This document shows, piece by piece, positions 48,055 to 57,688 of a DNA stretch of 64,000 nucleotides (positions are counted from its first letter, which is position 1; each line of letters opens with the position of its first letter). The stretch spans positions 54,632 to 118,631 of the forward strand of contig CAZCYD010000005.1 of the NCBI GenBank assembly GCA_964502735.1, written 5' to 3'. The DNA is from an uncultured Pseudobdellovibrionaceae bacterium. Its GTDB lineage: Bacteria > Bdellovibrionota > Bdellovibrionia > Bdellovibrionales > UBA1609. The notes under the pieces were generated by a model, which saw only the letters and a program-made list of their open reading frames with translations, did no database searches and was not told the origin of the DNA. The position numbers and the translations under genes are program-made.

Positions 48055-49697
48055 AAGTACTAGCTGTTTCAATATTACGTTTGGGAGACATATTAATGAT
48101 GGTGCCGGTCTTAAGGGCGTTAAAAGACCAGAACGAAAATGTTGAATTACATGTATTGATAAACAGGCAGTTTAATTTTGTTAGATATATTTTGCCATGG
48201 GTTGATAAATTTATAGTTTTAGATAGAGAGGAATTACAAAAAGGACTTGGAGAGTACAATCGTCCTATTTTTGAGCCGTTGGATAGGATAAGCGCTGTTA
48301 TTGATTTTCTAAACCGACAAAATTACGACAAGATCGTGAACTTAAGTCACTCCAGATTTAGTGGTTTTATATGCGGAATGATAGATGCAAACGAAAAGTT
48401 AGGATTGTCTATAAATAGAAATAACACTGTGAGTTTTGGCAATAAGTGGTATTCGTATATGAATGAACAATGCACACTTCCGCGATCTTCATCGGCACAC
48501 TTATTAGACGTTCACTATTATGGATCTGGTTTGACATACAGTCCATATAATTTTGATTATAGAATTTCAGCGAGGGGTGAGGCTGAAGCTGATGCCATTT
48601 TAGAATCGAATACTAAATTCATTTGTGTTCAGGTTCTTACGAGTGATGTAAAAAAGAATTGGGGATATGATAATTTTGCGGAATCTTTAAAAGTATTCAA
48701 AATGACAAATCCGAACATAGCTATATACAGTTTGGGAGCGCCGAGTGAAAGCCAAGACATTGCAGACTTTATAAGGATCTGTGAAGAGCGAGGGGTTAAA
48801 GTTGTGCCTGCCATATGTTCTTTAGAGGGGGCCTTGTCTATTCTTTCTAGGTGTGAATTATTAATCACGGGCGATACAAGCATAAAGCACTTAGCCTGTG
48901 GTGTTGATTGTAGTATCTTGGAGATCGCTGTTGGAAGTAGCGACTTCCTAAAAACTGGAGTTTATAAGAGTCAAAGTTATATAGTTTCTAGTCGTGAGGC
49001 TTGTTACCCTTGTATTCACAGTCACTCTTGTCATCAGCCAACACATGTTTGTTCAAATTCTATTGAGCCTGCAATCATCGGATTGTTAGCTAATCAAATA
49101 TTAATTGGAGCTTCACGAGAAATAGAAATCGTAGCAAAAGAATATAACGATAAAGTGGTTGTTCATCGAACGTATTTTAGTCACTCAGGATTTTGGTATG
49201 TCCGCAACCTTGCAGAAAAGATTTCACCAAAGGACTTTGAGTCTGTAATTAAGCTATCTAGCTGGAAGCTATTGAATCAAGGCGAACATCATAAGTTAGT
49301 GGGGGCCTATGGAAGTGAGTCTATAAAATTAAAGGCGGCACTTAGGCAAGCCTATCCAGAGGCGAAGATCAAAGAAAAAAAACATTTTCTTACAGGACTG
49401 GAAAGCACAACAATAAAGAAAGGCGAAGCTATTTATAATCTTAAAACGGCACTGAGGCGCGCAACAAATAGTAGCCGGATATTAGAGGATATCAAATCTA
49501 ATTATCAGATTTTATCAGATGAGCTGAGTCCAAATTTTGCTAACGAAGTTTTAAAATTTTTTGAAAACTACGATGGAGATGGCTCTAAAAATTTTTTAAA
49601 CCTCAGGAAGTATTCAGAAACACTTGAGAATGTTTTCATAAGAAATCAGATACAACTTAAACTTTTAAGAAACATGATTGGTCAGACAATGGAGTAA
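48051..49697 (+). CDS. glycosyltransferase family 9 (heptosyltransferase-like) with a helical C-terminal extension of about 200 aa
   Basis: MKVLAVSILRLGDILMMVPVLRALK, GDTSIKHLA, CYPCIHSHSCHQPTHVC. ATGA coupling to the upstream gene. Confidence 0.75.
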   Translation: MKVLAVSILRLGDILMMVPVLRALKDQNENVELHVLINRQFNFVRYILPWVDKFIVLDREELQKGLGEYNRPIFEPLDRISAVIDFLNRQNYDKIVNLSHSRFSGFICGMIDANEKLGLSINRNNTVSFGNKWYSYMNEQCTLPRSSSAHLLDVHYYGSGLTYSPYNFDYRISARGEAEADAILESNTKFICVQVLTSDVKKNWGYDNFAESLKVFKMTNPNIAIYSLGAPSESQDIADFIRICEERGVKVVPAICSLEGALSILSRCELLITGDTSIKHLACGVDCSILEIAVGSSDFLKTGVYKSQSYIVSSREACYPCIHSHSCHQPTHVCSNSIEPAIIGLLANQILIGASREIEIVAKEYNDKVVVHRTYFSHSGFWYVRNLAEKISPKDFESVIKLSSWKLLNQGEHHKLVGAYGSESIKLKAALRQAYPEAKIKEKKHFLTGLESTTIKKGEAIYNLKTALRRATNSSRILEDIKSNYQILSDELSPNFANEVLKFFENYDGDGSKNFLNLRKYSETLENVFIRNQIQLKLLRNMIGQTME

Positions 49698-49699
49698 GT

Positions 49700-49882
49700 A
49701 TGAACAATAAACAACTAGAGAATCTTAAAAAATCATTAGGACAATTAGAGAAGGCTGCGCAGCAAATTGTAAATACAAGAGGATATACCAAAGAAGTTCA
49801 AAATATAAAAATATTAAGCGAACTCATTAGGGAGCAGTTAATTCATGAAAATATTGGTCATACAGCTCGCAAGATTGGGTGA
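49700..49882 (+). CDS. small coiled-coil ORF
   Basis: ORF starting 2 nt after the GT9-1 stop and overlapping the GT9-2 start by 38 nt. Confidence 0.3.
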   Translation: MNNKQLENLKKSLGQLEKAAQQIVNTRGYTKEVQNIKILSELIREQLIHENIGHTARKIG

Positions 49883-51341
49883 TATTTATCTTAGTTGGCC
49901 AGCATTATCAGGTCTAAGAAGAAAGTATCCCGATTCACAAATTGACATTCTCGTTAGAGAAAAGTTTGCATCGGCAGCTATTGGAAATATTGACATTGAC
50001 AGTGTTATCCGACTTCCCACAGCGCATATTTTAAATTCAATTTTACAAGAGGCTGAAGTTTCAGAAAGCTTTGAGGCTATTGAAAAATTTTGTAGCTCGC
50101 TCAGAGATGAAAATTATAATAAAATTATTAATCTGAGTTTTTCACCCTTTTCCAGTTATTTGGTGTCTGCAATATCAGGGGGCTCGCTTGCTGAAGTTAA
50201 GGGTTACTCTCGTTATGAGGACGGGTATTTAAGTATTGGAGATGATGTTAGTGCTTATTTTTATGCTCAAGTAGGTATAGGAAAACCAAATAGAGTACAC
50301 TTGGCTCAAATTTTTTCGGGAGTTGCAGGGGTAGAACTCATTGATGAAGATTGGAAGATCAGTGAGCTTGACGATTCTAAAAATAATTTTATTACGAAGT
50401 CCAAAGACCCGTATTTATTATTGCAGGTTGGAGCAAGTCAAATAGAAAAAACATATGGGGTTGATAAGTGGGCAGGAGTTCTCAATCATCTATCTAAGTT
50501 GTCGGATATAAAAGTTGTCCTTGTAGGTAGCTTATCAGAAAAAAAAATAGCTGCGGATCTTGTTGGTAAAACGAGCAATAAAAATATAATTAATATTGTG
50601 GGTCAGACTGAGGTGTCCCACTTAATGGGCTTAGCAAAAAATGCAAAACTTGTTGTAGGCTGTGACAGCTTAATGGTTCACATAGCTTCTTTAACTCGAG
50701 TTCCAACACTTAATGTTTCATTTGATACTGTTAATTTTTGGGAGACGGGCCCACTTGCAGATGGAAGTCGTGTTATTTACGGTAAGACTCCTAACGATAT
50801 AGCTTCAGACCGTGTGGCTTACGAAATAAAATGTATGTTGGAAGGTAAAGAAAGTGGAAACCCTGTTTATTTAAGATTCAATGGAAATTTAGAGTCTTAT
50901 ATTCCCAGTGGATATGTTGATGAGAGCTTTTGTTGGAAATTTATATTGGCTCTTTATATGGAGAAAGAATTTCCAGTTGTAGATGATGAGATAACTTTGA
51001 AAGGTTTAGAGAAACTGTATGCAACCTCTCAACTGGCTTTAGAGCAGTTAAACCATTTAAAGAATTGTAAGCCAGGAAGTTACCAATTAAAAATTTTGTC
51101 ATTTGTTGATGATATTATTTTACAGATTCCAAACTTAGCACCCCAGCTTCATCCCCTAGTCTCATGGTTTCAGACGGAAAGGGTGAGAATAGGTCCTGCA
51201 TCATTTGAAGATCTACAGCTAAAGACTAAAAGTTTATTCCATAAATTTATGGATATCATTAATTTATGTTTAGATAATTTTGATTTGCCTGGAGTTGAAA
51301 CGAAGGAGGCTGAGATTGCAAACGCAAATGTATTCGAATGA
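49845..51341 (+). CDS. glycosyltransferase family 9 (heptosyltransferase-like), second copy, with a C-terminal extension of about 160 aa
   Basis: MKILVIQLARLGDIYLSWPALSGLRRKYP, VGCDSLMVHIASL. Confidence 0.7.
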   Translation: MKILVIQLARLGDIYLSWPALSGLRRKYPDSQIDILVREKFASAAIGNIDIDSVIRLPTAHILNSILQEAEVSESFEAIEKFCSSLRDENYNKIINLSFSPFSSYLVSAISGGSLAEVKGYSRYEDGYLSIGDDVSAYFYAQVGIGKPNRVHLAQIFSGVAGVELIDEDWKISELDDSKNNFITKSKDPYLLLQVGASQIEKTYGVDKWAGVLNHLSKLSDIKVVLVGSLSEKKIAADLVGKTSNKNIINIVGQTEVSHLMGLAKNAKLVVGCDSLMVHIASLTRVPTLNVSFDTVNFWETGPLADGSRVIYGKTPNDIASDRVAYEIKCMLEGKESGNPVYLRFNGNLESYIPSGYVDESFCWKFILALYMEKEFPVVDDEITLKGLEKLYATSQLALEQLNHLKNCKPGSYQLKILSFVDDIILQIPNLAPQLHPLVSWFQTERVRIGPASFEDLQLKTKSLFHKFMDIINLCLDNFDLPGVETKEAEIANANVFE

Positions 51342-51939
51342 AGAACTAATGAAAAAATATAGTGAAGGTACTAAATTGAATCTAGTAGTGAAAGATTTAG
51401 AAGAAGAACAGTGGAAAAGTGGAAGAGTTATTTGTGAAATACATGTGAACGGCAACTATCTTTCTGAGGAAGAAGAGAAGAGCCTGGATCGTATGCCTCT
51501 GTCTAGTTTAAGCGTTTTAGAAATCATTACGCGAGATCAATCTGAACTTATTGAAGTTACACTAAGAACCATTTACCAATGGTTGCCAAAGCTAAAAGAA
51601 AGGTCTCTTGAGATATCTCGAGGCCTCGGTGAGAATGGTTATTCCATGCCCACTCAGTCTTTTGTTGAGCTTATAGATGGTTGCACATGGTTTTCAGATT
51701 CACTAAGTCTATTAAAACCAAAATTACAAGATCTTGTGGTTGTTCAAAATTTTGGGACCAATTGGGACAACTGCCAAACAGTGTTTACTTCTGTAGCCAA
51801 AGAATCTTTAAAAGCATTTGAGCTAAGTGATTGGGTTTTACTCAAGGATATTCTTGAATATGAAATTCCTGTTTCGCTAGACCAATGGCAGGATTTATTA
51901 TTTAAACAACCTGAAATTTTCAAGATAGCTAATGTCTAG
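51328..51939 (+). CDS. hypothetical protein, last gene of the module
   Basis: ORF. ATG 51328 overlaps the GT9-2 stop by 14 nt. No family recognised. Confidence 0.45.
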   Translation: MYSNEELMKKYSEGTKLNLVVKDLEEEQWKSGRVICEIHVNGNYLSEEEEKSLDRMPLSSLSVLEIITRDQSELIEVTLRTIYQWLPKLKERSLEISRGLGENGYSMPTQSFVELIDGCTWFSDSLSLLKPKLQDLVVVQNFGTNWDNCQTVFTSVAKESLKAFELSDWVLLKDILEYEIPVSLDQWQDLLFKQPEIFKIANV

Positions 51940-52039
51940 AGATTTATAGATATTTATTTTGTTAAAATACAAGAAGTTCATATGATTCTTTTGTCGTGCT
52001 GAATTGTCAAAAGAATGAGAATTGTGATATCTTTATACG

Positions 52040-53812
52040 GTGATAGATAGCGCTGGACCATTTGAAATATTTGTTCAAGAAGGGATTTCTCCTGGCTGGG
52101 GTTCAAAGTTTTTTTATAAGATATTTAAGCCCAACTGTAAGATAAAGGACTTTTTAACAGGTCGTATTTTAGTTATTGCCGCAGAGGATTTCAAAGTTTT
52201 GCCAGTGGATATTCCAGTAGAGACGATGGTTCTTTTAATTTTAAATCAATATCGCAGACAAGACTTTATTAAGTTCTCTCAAGGGCATAGCTGTATCGGA
52301 CTATTTAAGTTAGCGGAAGTTAAAAAGGCTATGGATTTTCTCAGGAAGAGATTTTCTACAACTATTGATTGGCAATCTTATGATAAGTGGTCAGAAATTA
52401 ATTTATTTGCCACAAAAGTATCAAAAATGTCATCGCTTTCAGATTTGTTATTTGAACTTAAAAAGGAATTTAAAAAAATAAAAAAAGTTAATCCACCTAT
52501 AATGGGAATATATAAAAATGAAACACAGGTGGATATTTTCTCATTTCAAGGGGATAAAATTAATGTGACTTATGCTCGAATGAAGCTTGATTCAGAGGGA
52601 GATAGGTCATGTCTGGCAACGGCACTGGGTAGACCAGTGGCCAAAGTTTTGGCTATGCCGATTAAGGGGCTTTATCCAGTGACCTTTTTTATAGAGCACG
52701 ATCTTACATCGGGTGAACTAGAGTATTTAAAGAGATTTGTATCAAGACGATTGCAGATAATAGAAACAATATTAGATATTTTATTGGTCGAACGAAAGTT
52801 AAAAGAGGCCTCCCATTTATGGGAAAAGACATTTGAGGGCATAGCAGACCCTGTTGCTATTGTAGATAAAAATTTTAATCTTCTGAGAGGTAATACAAAT
52901 TTTAAGAAAAATTTAAATGAAGAAAAATGTTTTCAAGTTTTTGCAAAAACTGAAAGCGCCTGCGAGAATTGTCCAATAGTAAAAAGAAGTCTAACACAAA
53001 ATCAAAAAGGAGAGGTTGTAGTAGACGGCAGAGTTTATGAAGTTCACAGTTCCCCAATCTTTTTATATAATCAGGAGAATATAGCCGGATATGCTAATCA
53101 TTATGTAGATCAGACTGAGACTCTAGGCTTAAAAACTAAAATCATTCAGAGTGAAAAGATGGCAGCTATAGGCCACTTGGCCGGGAATATTGCTCATGAG
53201 CTGAATAATCCCCTTACTGGTATTAGATCCACGGCACAGATATTAATTTCCGAAAGCGAAGATGAAGAGGTTCGGTCGGATCTTATTGAGGTTGAGAAGG
53301 CCTCTGCAAGATGCCAATCTATTATTAACAATCTGTTGGAGTACACTCGTGGTCAACAAGGAGATCTAAAAAAGGTCTCCTTACAATCAGTGGTTAGAAA
53401 AACAATTCCTCTGCTCAAAACAGCCTTGCGAGGAATAAATTTAAATATTGAATTCCACAAGGAAGATATTTTTATAAATGCTCACGAACAATTATTGCAA
53501 CAAGTTGTATTTAATATTGTATTAAATTCGACTCAGGCAATGAGTGGGGAGGGGCGTATAGATATTTTTGTTGATAAGATTAATGAAAACGGCTTTATAC
53601 GCATTCAAGATAGTGGGCCGGGGATTGCCGTCGAATTATTACCAAAAGTATTTGATCCATTCTTTACAACCAAAGAAGTGGGGGTAGGTACTGGACTTGG
53701 ATTAAGTATGGTAAAAAAGATTGTGGAGTCTTATGGAGGCGAGGTGACTCTACACAGCCAGGTGGGGCGTGGAACAGTTGTCTCGATATGTTTTTCCATT
53801 TGTGAAAGCTGA
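52040..53812 (+). CDS. cytoplasmic sensor histidine kinase (unknown N-terminal domain + PAS-like + HisKA + HATPase)
   Basis: H-box AHELNNPLTGI, N-box NIVLNSTQAM, G1 DSGPGI, G2 GVGTGLGLS. No clear TM segment. Cys motif C..(9)..C..C in the PAS-like part. Confidence 0.85.
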   Translation: MIDSAGPFEIFVQEGISPGWGSKFFYKIFKPNCKIKDFLTGRILVIAAEDFKVLPVDIPVETMVLLILNQYRRQDFIKFSQGHSCIGLFKLAEVKKAMDFLRKRFSTTIDWQSYDKWSEINLFATKVSKMSSLSDLLFELKKEFKKIKKVNPPIMGIYKNETQVDIFSFQGDKINVTYARMKLDSEGDRSCLATALGRPVAKVLAMPIKGLYPVTFFIEHDLTSGELEYLKRFVSRRLQIIETILDILLVERKLKEASHLWEKTFEGIADPVAIVDKNFNLLRGNTNFKKNLNEEKCFQVFAKTESACENCPIVKRSLTQNQKGEVVVDGRVYEVHSSPIFLYNQENIAGYANHYVDQTETLGLKTKIIQSEKMAAIGHLAGNIAHELNNPLTGIRSTAQILISESEDEEVRSDLIEVEKASARCQSIINNLLEYTRGQQGDLKKVSLQSVVRKTIPLLKTALRGINLNIEFHKEDIFINAHEQLLQQVVFNIVLNSTQAMSGEGRIDIFVDKINENGFIRIQDSGPGIAVELLPKVFDPFFTTKEVGVGTGLGLSMVKKIVESYGGEVTLHSQVGRGTVVSICFSICES

Positions 53813-53825
53813 GAGGAGGGGCTCT

Positions 53826-54185
53826 GTGAGAGTATTAATAATTGATGATGAAGATCTTGTAAGAAAATCCCTAGGTAGGGCTTTCAAGTCAAAAAATCAC
53901 GAAGTTTTTCTTGCGGAGGGTGGTCTAACGGGGCTAAGACTGTGGAAAGAATGCGAGCCAGAAATCGTGCTTTTGGATGTTTTAATGCCTGATTTAAGTG
54001 GGCCAAAATTATTAGAGGCCAATCCTGGGTCGGGGTTTGTGGTGTTGATGTCGGCTTACAAGGGTGAATATGACACTTTGACAGCCAAGAGCCTAGGGGC
54101 GCATGATTTTATATCAAAACCTTTTGAAGATATCTTCTTAACTGTGGAAAGGCTGGAGAAGGCTTATGAGAATTATAGCGGGTAA
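53826..54185 (+). CDS. stand-alone response-regulator receiver domain
   Basis: VLIIDDE, LLDVLMPD, MSA and SKPF. GTG start chosen after the HK stop. Confidence 0.8.
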   Translation: MRVLIIDDEDLVRKSLGRAFKSKNHEVFLAEGGLTGLRLWKECEPEIVLLDVLMPDLSGPKLLEANPGSGFVVLMSAYKGEYDTLTAKSLGAHDFISKPFEDIFLTVERLEKAYENYSG

Positions 54186-54741
54186 ATTTAAAGGCCGCAG
54201 ACTTGTGAGCTTTAAAGCGGATCACATCCGCCCTACAACAGACAGGGTTAAGGAAACCATTTTTAATATGTTACAGGCCCACATCGATGGAGCCAGAATA
54301 TTGGATCTATTTTCTGGCACTGGCAATCTTTCCATTGAAAGTCTATCGCGGGGAGCACAATTTGTAACTGCGGTTGAGAAGAATCGTGAATCAGTTAAAA
54401 TTATTAAAAAGAATCTTGCTGGATTTAATATCGACGAGGGTATTGAAGTCGTAGCAGCTGATGTAATGAAGTTTCTACAATTTTACAAGGGGCCTCCTTT
54501 TGACGTTATTTTGATAGATCCTCCTTTTACTGAGAAATTATCACATGATGTGCTTTCAAGCATTGGCAGCTCGCAAGTTTTAGGGGACGAGGGAATTATG
54601 GTGATTGAATCCGCTAAACAAGAAAGGGTAGATAAAAATTATAGTCGGCTAATTTTCTTGGACCAAAGACTCTTTGGTGATAAGAAAATAACCGTTTTTG
54701 AGGTTGAAAAAAATGATTGCAGTGTATCCGGGAAGCTTTGA
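54166..54741 (+). CDS. rsmD: 16S rRNA m2G966 methyltransferase RsmD
   Basis: MRIIAGKFKGRRL, RPTTDRVKE, LDLFSGTG and DPPF. Confidence 0.85.
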   Translation: MRIIAGKFKGRRLVSFKADHIRPTTDRVKETIFNMLQAHIDGARILDLFSGTGNLSIESLSRGAQFVTAVEKNRESVKIIKKNLAGFNIDEGIEVVAADVMKFLQFYKGPPFDVILIDPPFTEKLSHDVLSSIGSSQVLGDEGIMVIESAKQERVDKNYSRLIFLDQRLFGDKKITVFEVEKNDCSVSGKL

Positions 54742-55186
54742 TCCTATCACGGTTGGTCACATTGACATAATTCAAAGGATGAGTTCAAAGTTCGAAGAAT
54801 TTCATATTCTTGTCGCTAAGTCAGGAGATAAAGAATATTTTTTTTCGGAAGAAGAGAGAGTGGACCTTATTAAAGGAGCCTTGCCCAAAATATCAAATCT
54901 GAAAATTCACATCGGCAGTGGCTTAACTATAGATTTTGCAAAAAAGATTAAGGCGGACTGTATTTTAAGAGGACTAAGGGCTATTAGTGATTTCGAGTAC
55001 GAAATGGCAATGGCAAATATGAATAAAAAGCTTGCGGCAGAAATTGAGACTTTAATTGTTTTTGCCAGCCCCCAGCATCATTTTATTTCCTCGCGATTAG
55101 TGAAAGAAGTCGCTAGGCATGGCGGCGACCTGAGCGGTCTAGTTCCCCCTATTGTCGAGCAGGCACTAATGAAAAAACAAGAATAG
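54713..55186 (+). CDS. coaD: phosphopantetheine adenylyltransferase
   Basis: IAVYPGSFDPITVGHIDII, RGLRAISDFEYE and ISSRLVKEV. Confidence 0.9.
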   Translation: MIAVYPGSFDPITVGHIDIIQRMSSKFEEFHILVAKSGDKEYFFSEEERVDLIKGALPKISNLKIHIGSGLTIDFAKKIKADCILRGLRAISDFEYEMAMANMNKKLAAEIETLIVFASPQHHFISSRLVKEVARHGGDLSGLVPPIVEQALMKKQE

Positions 55187-55230
55187 CTAAAAAAACAGAA
55201 AAATGTAAACCCACTTCAGGAGAAGAAATC

Positions 55231-56427
55231 ATGTTATCAAACCGTGTGAAATTGCTTAAACCATCTCCAACACTAGCCCTTGCAGCAAAAGCAAAAGCTC
55301 TGAAGTCACAGGGTCACGACGTTATATCACTAACTGTAGGAGAGCCGGATTGGGATACCTACGACAACATCAAACACGTAGCTAAACAGGCCATAGATTG
55401 GGGTGAAACAAAATACACTCCGTCGAATGGGAACCCAGAATTGAGAGAGGCCATAGCTGTTCAGACGTCCGGGGACCTTTCTGTGGATTACGATCCATCG
55501 GAGGTGACGGTTTCAACCGGGGGGAAGTTTGTTATTTTTAGTGCTTTACAGTCGGTTTTGAATCCAGGCGATGAGGTTATTATTCCAGCTCCTTATTGGG
55601 TAAGTTATCCAACTCAAGTTGAGCTTGCAGAGGGGCACCCTATTGTTGTGAAAACAAAAAGTGAAAATCGCTTTACATTAACGGCATCAGAATTCAGTGC
55701 GGCCATTACTCCAAAGACAAAGTTGTTAATATTAAACTCTCCGAGTAACCCAACTGGAAATATGTACACGGCAGAAGGGTTAAAGGAAATTTCTGAGGTT
55801 TTAGATCGTCACCCCAATATTTTAGTTATGAGTGATGATATATACAATCGATTGGTGTTTACAGAAAGTGGATTAGCTCCTCACCTATTACATGTGGCTC
55901 CTCATCTGAAGGACAGGACCATTATTATTAACGGAGTTTCGAAGACATATGCGATGACGGGCTGGAGATTGGGTTGGGCTCTTGGGCACAAGGACATTAT
56001 TGGCGCAATGACAAACTATCAGAGTCAATCTGTTAGCTGTGTACCTGGTTTTATTCAGAGGGCTGCGGTTACGGCAATTAAAAATACCAAAAATGAATTC
56101 AGTGATTCTCTGAAGAAACTGAAAAGCCGTAGAGATAAGGTTATTAAATTGTTACAGGCCATTCCAAACATAGAGGTTTCGGTTCCAGACGGTGCTTTTT
56201 ATATCTGGCCAAATATTTCTCATTTTTTTGGAAGGGTTTGGAAAGGTAAGGTTTTGGAAACTTCTAGCGACTTTTCTGCAGCGCTATTGGAGAGCAAGAT
56301 GGTGGTTGTGGTTCCCGGAGTGGAATTTGGTCAAGAGGGATACCTTCGGTTGAGTTATGCTCTGAGCGAAGATCAAATGAGTATGGCTATTGGGAGATTT
56401 GCAGACTTTTTGAAAGAAATTAATTAA
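55231..56427 (+). CDS. class I PLP-dependent (aspartate-type) aminotransferase
   Basis: LTVGEPD, NSPSNPTG and SKTYAMTGWRLGW. Confidence 0.85.
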   Translation: MLSNRVKLLKPSPTLALAAKAKALKSQGHDVISLTVGEPDWDTYDNIKHVAKQAIDWGETKYTPSNGNPELREAIAVQTSGDLSVDYDPSEVTVSTGGKFVIFSALQSVLNPGDEVIIPAPYWVSYPTQVELAEGHPIVVKTKSENRFTLTASEFSAAITPKTKLLILNSPSNPTGNMYTAEGLKEISEVLDRHPNILVMSDDIYNRLVFTESGLAPHLLHVAPHLKDRTIIINGVSKTYAMTGWRLGWALGHKDIIGAMTNYQSQSVSCVPGFIQRAAVTAIKNTKNEFSDSLKKLKSRRDKVIKLLQAIPNIEVSVPDGAFYIWPNISHFFGRVWKGKVLETSSDFSAALLESKMVVVVPGVEFGQEGYLRLSYALSEDQMSMAIGRFADFLKEIN

Positions 56428-56568
56428 CCTTCTTCAATCTTCTTATTGATACACAATATTGATACAGACATACTGTGCCTAAGTCTATTGTGACTTTTTG
56501 AAACCAGATGTAAAATCAAAATAGTAGACTAGTCTTATTGACTAGAAAGCTACTATTAGTGAGTTAGT

Positions 56569-57681
56569 GTGGAGGCGTTTGTGTCACTTTGGATGATTGT
56601 ACAGTTGATACTTAATATTTTACTGGCACTTTTTGTATATATTATTTGGGTTAAACTCCGAAGACCGCCTCAAGATGATCCTAGGCTTAGTAAGGGGCTT
56701 CAGTTGTTGCAGAGTAAGATCTCTGTTTTGACTGACTTGTCAGATAAGACAGAAGTCCAGGTGGAGAAGTTAAATGCATTTATGGAAAAAAAGCTTAAGC
56801 AGGTTCAGGCCTGTTTAATTGAGGCGGATTCAAAAATGCAACAAATTGAGTTGGCGACAAGAAAAACAAAAGAAGTGGCTCAGATTTTTCAAGAAGAGAT
56901 TCCCCATGATGAGATCGTTAAACGACAGAATACGATTAAATACATAAAGGCAGCAAAGCTTGCCAACAAGGGAGCAACTGTCGAGGAGATTGCTGAAGAG
57001 ATAGATTTGCCACTAAGTGAAATTGAACTAATTGCGAAATTAAATAAAGACAACTTGGTTTTTGACGATGACAGTCTTCCAGAGTGGGCCAAGGAAGAAG
57101 AACAGCTTTCAACGGCTCCAGAAATTGAAATTTACACCCCAGATTTTAGCGATTCACTTAAATCCAGCGAAGCCGATTATAGCACATTGAAACGTTTGGG
57201 GGAGCAGTTCCGTCAGGCTTGTACAGAATATCAAACTCAGCAAGAAGCGAAGGAGTCTCCCAGCCAGATTATAGAAAAGATGAAAAGTGTATCAAATGAA
57301 TTAACCAGTTTGGGGGCGGGACTGGCCTCAACCATTTCTCAGAGAGTGCAACATACAGTAGATTCGTTGAGTGCCCCTCCGACTATTAAGGCCACGTTTG
57401 AAGAGCCCACACAAAATAAAGTTGAGCCAGGTGAGAAAACATCTGAAACACCGGGCTTGGACGGTTCAGAAGCTCAATATATATCTTCTTCTGGTAGTCT
57501 TTTAGAAGAGTCTGTGCCTAAGAGAGGGTTGAGCATAGAGTCGGTTGGACAAAAAAACTCCCCGGCCTTTGTTTTGAACGAACTACAATCAAAAAAAAGA
57601 TTGGAGCTTTCAAAGGGGGATGTCATCAAAAAAGTCCATTTCCCTAAGCTGGAAGTGGATGTCAACAAAACATTGGGTTGA
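56569..57681 (+). CDS. membrane-anchored coiled-coil protein with an HTH-like segment
   Basis: N-terminal TM segment. KGATVEEIAEEIDLPLSEIELIAKLN resembles segments seen in flagellar-cluster proteins (family not verified). Confidence 0.45.
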   Translation: MEAFVSLWMIVQLILNILLALFVYIIWVKLRRPPQDDPRLSKGLQLLQSKISVLTDLSDKTEVQVEKLNAFMEKKLKQVQACLIEADSKMQQIELATRKTKEVAQIFQEEIPHDEIVKRQNTIKYIKAAKLANKGATVEEIAEEIDLPLSEIELIAKLNKDNLVFDDDSLPEWAKEEEQLSTAPEIEIYTPDFSDSLKSSEADYSTLKRLGEQFRQACTEYQTQQEAKESPSQIIEKMKSVSNELTSLGAGLASTISQRVQHTVDSLSAPPTIKATFEEPTQNKVEPGEKTSETPGLDGSEAQYISSSGSLLEESVPKRGLSIESVGQKNSPAFVLNELQSKKRLELSKGDVIKKVHFPKLEVDVNKTLG

Positions 57682-57688
57682 GATCGGC

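Noticed and set aside
48900-49080. Reading the C-x-P-C...C...H-x-C cluster in GT9-1 as the BAHT (TibC/AAH) iron-finger, which would be direct proof of protein heptosylation
   Set aside because: As far as I recall, a similar Cys cluster is common in ordinary LPS heptosyltransferase-family proteins. The motif therefore cannot discriminate protein from LPS acceptors.
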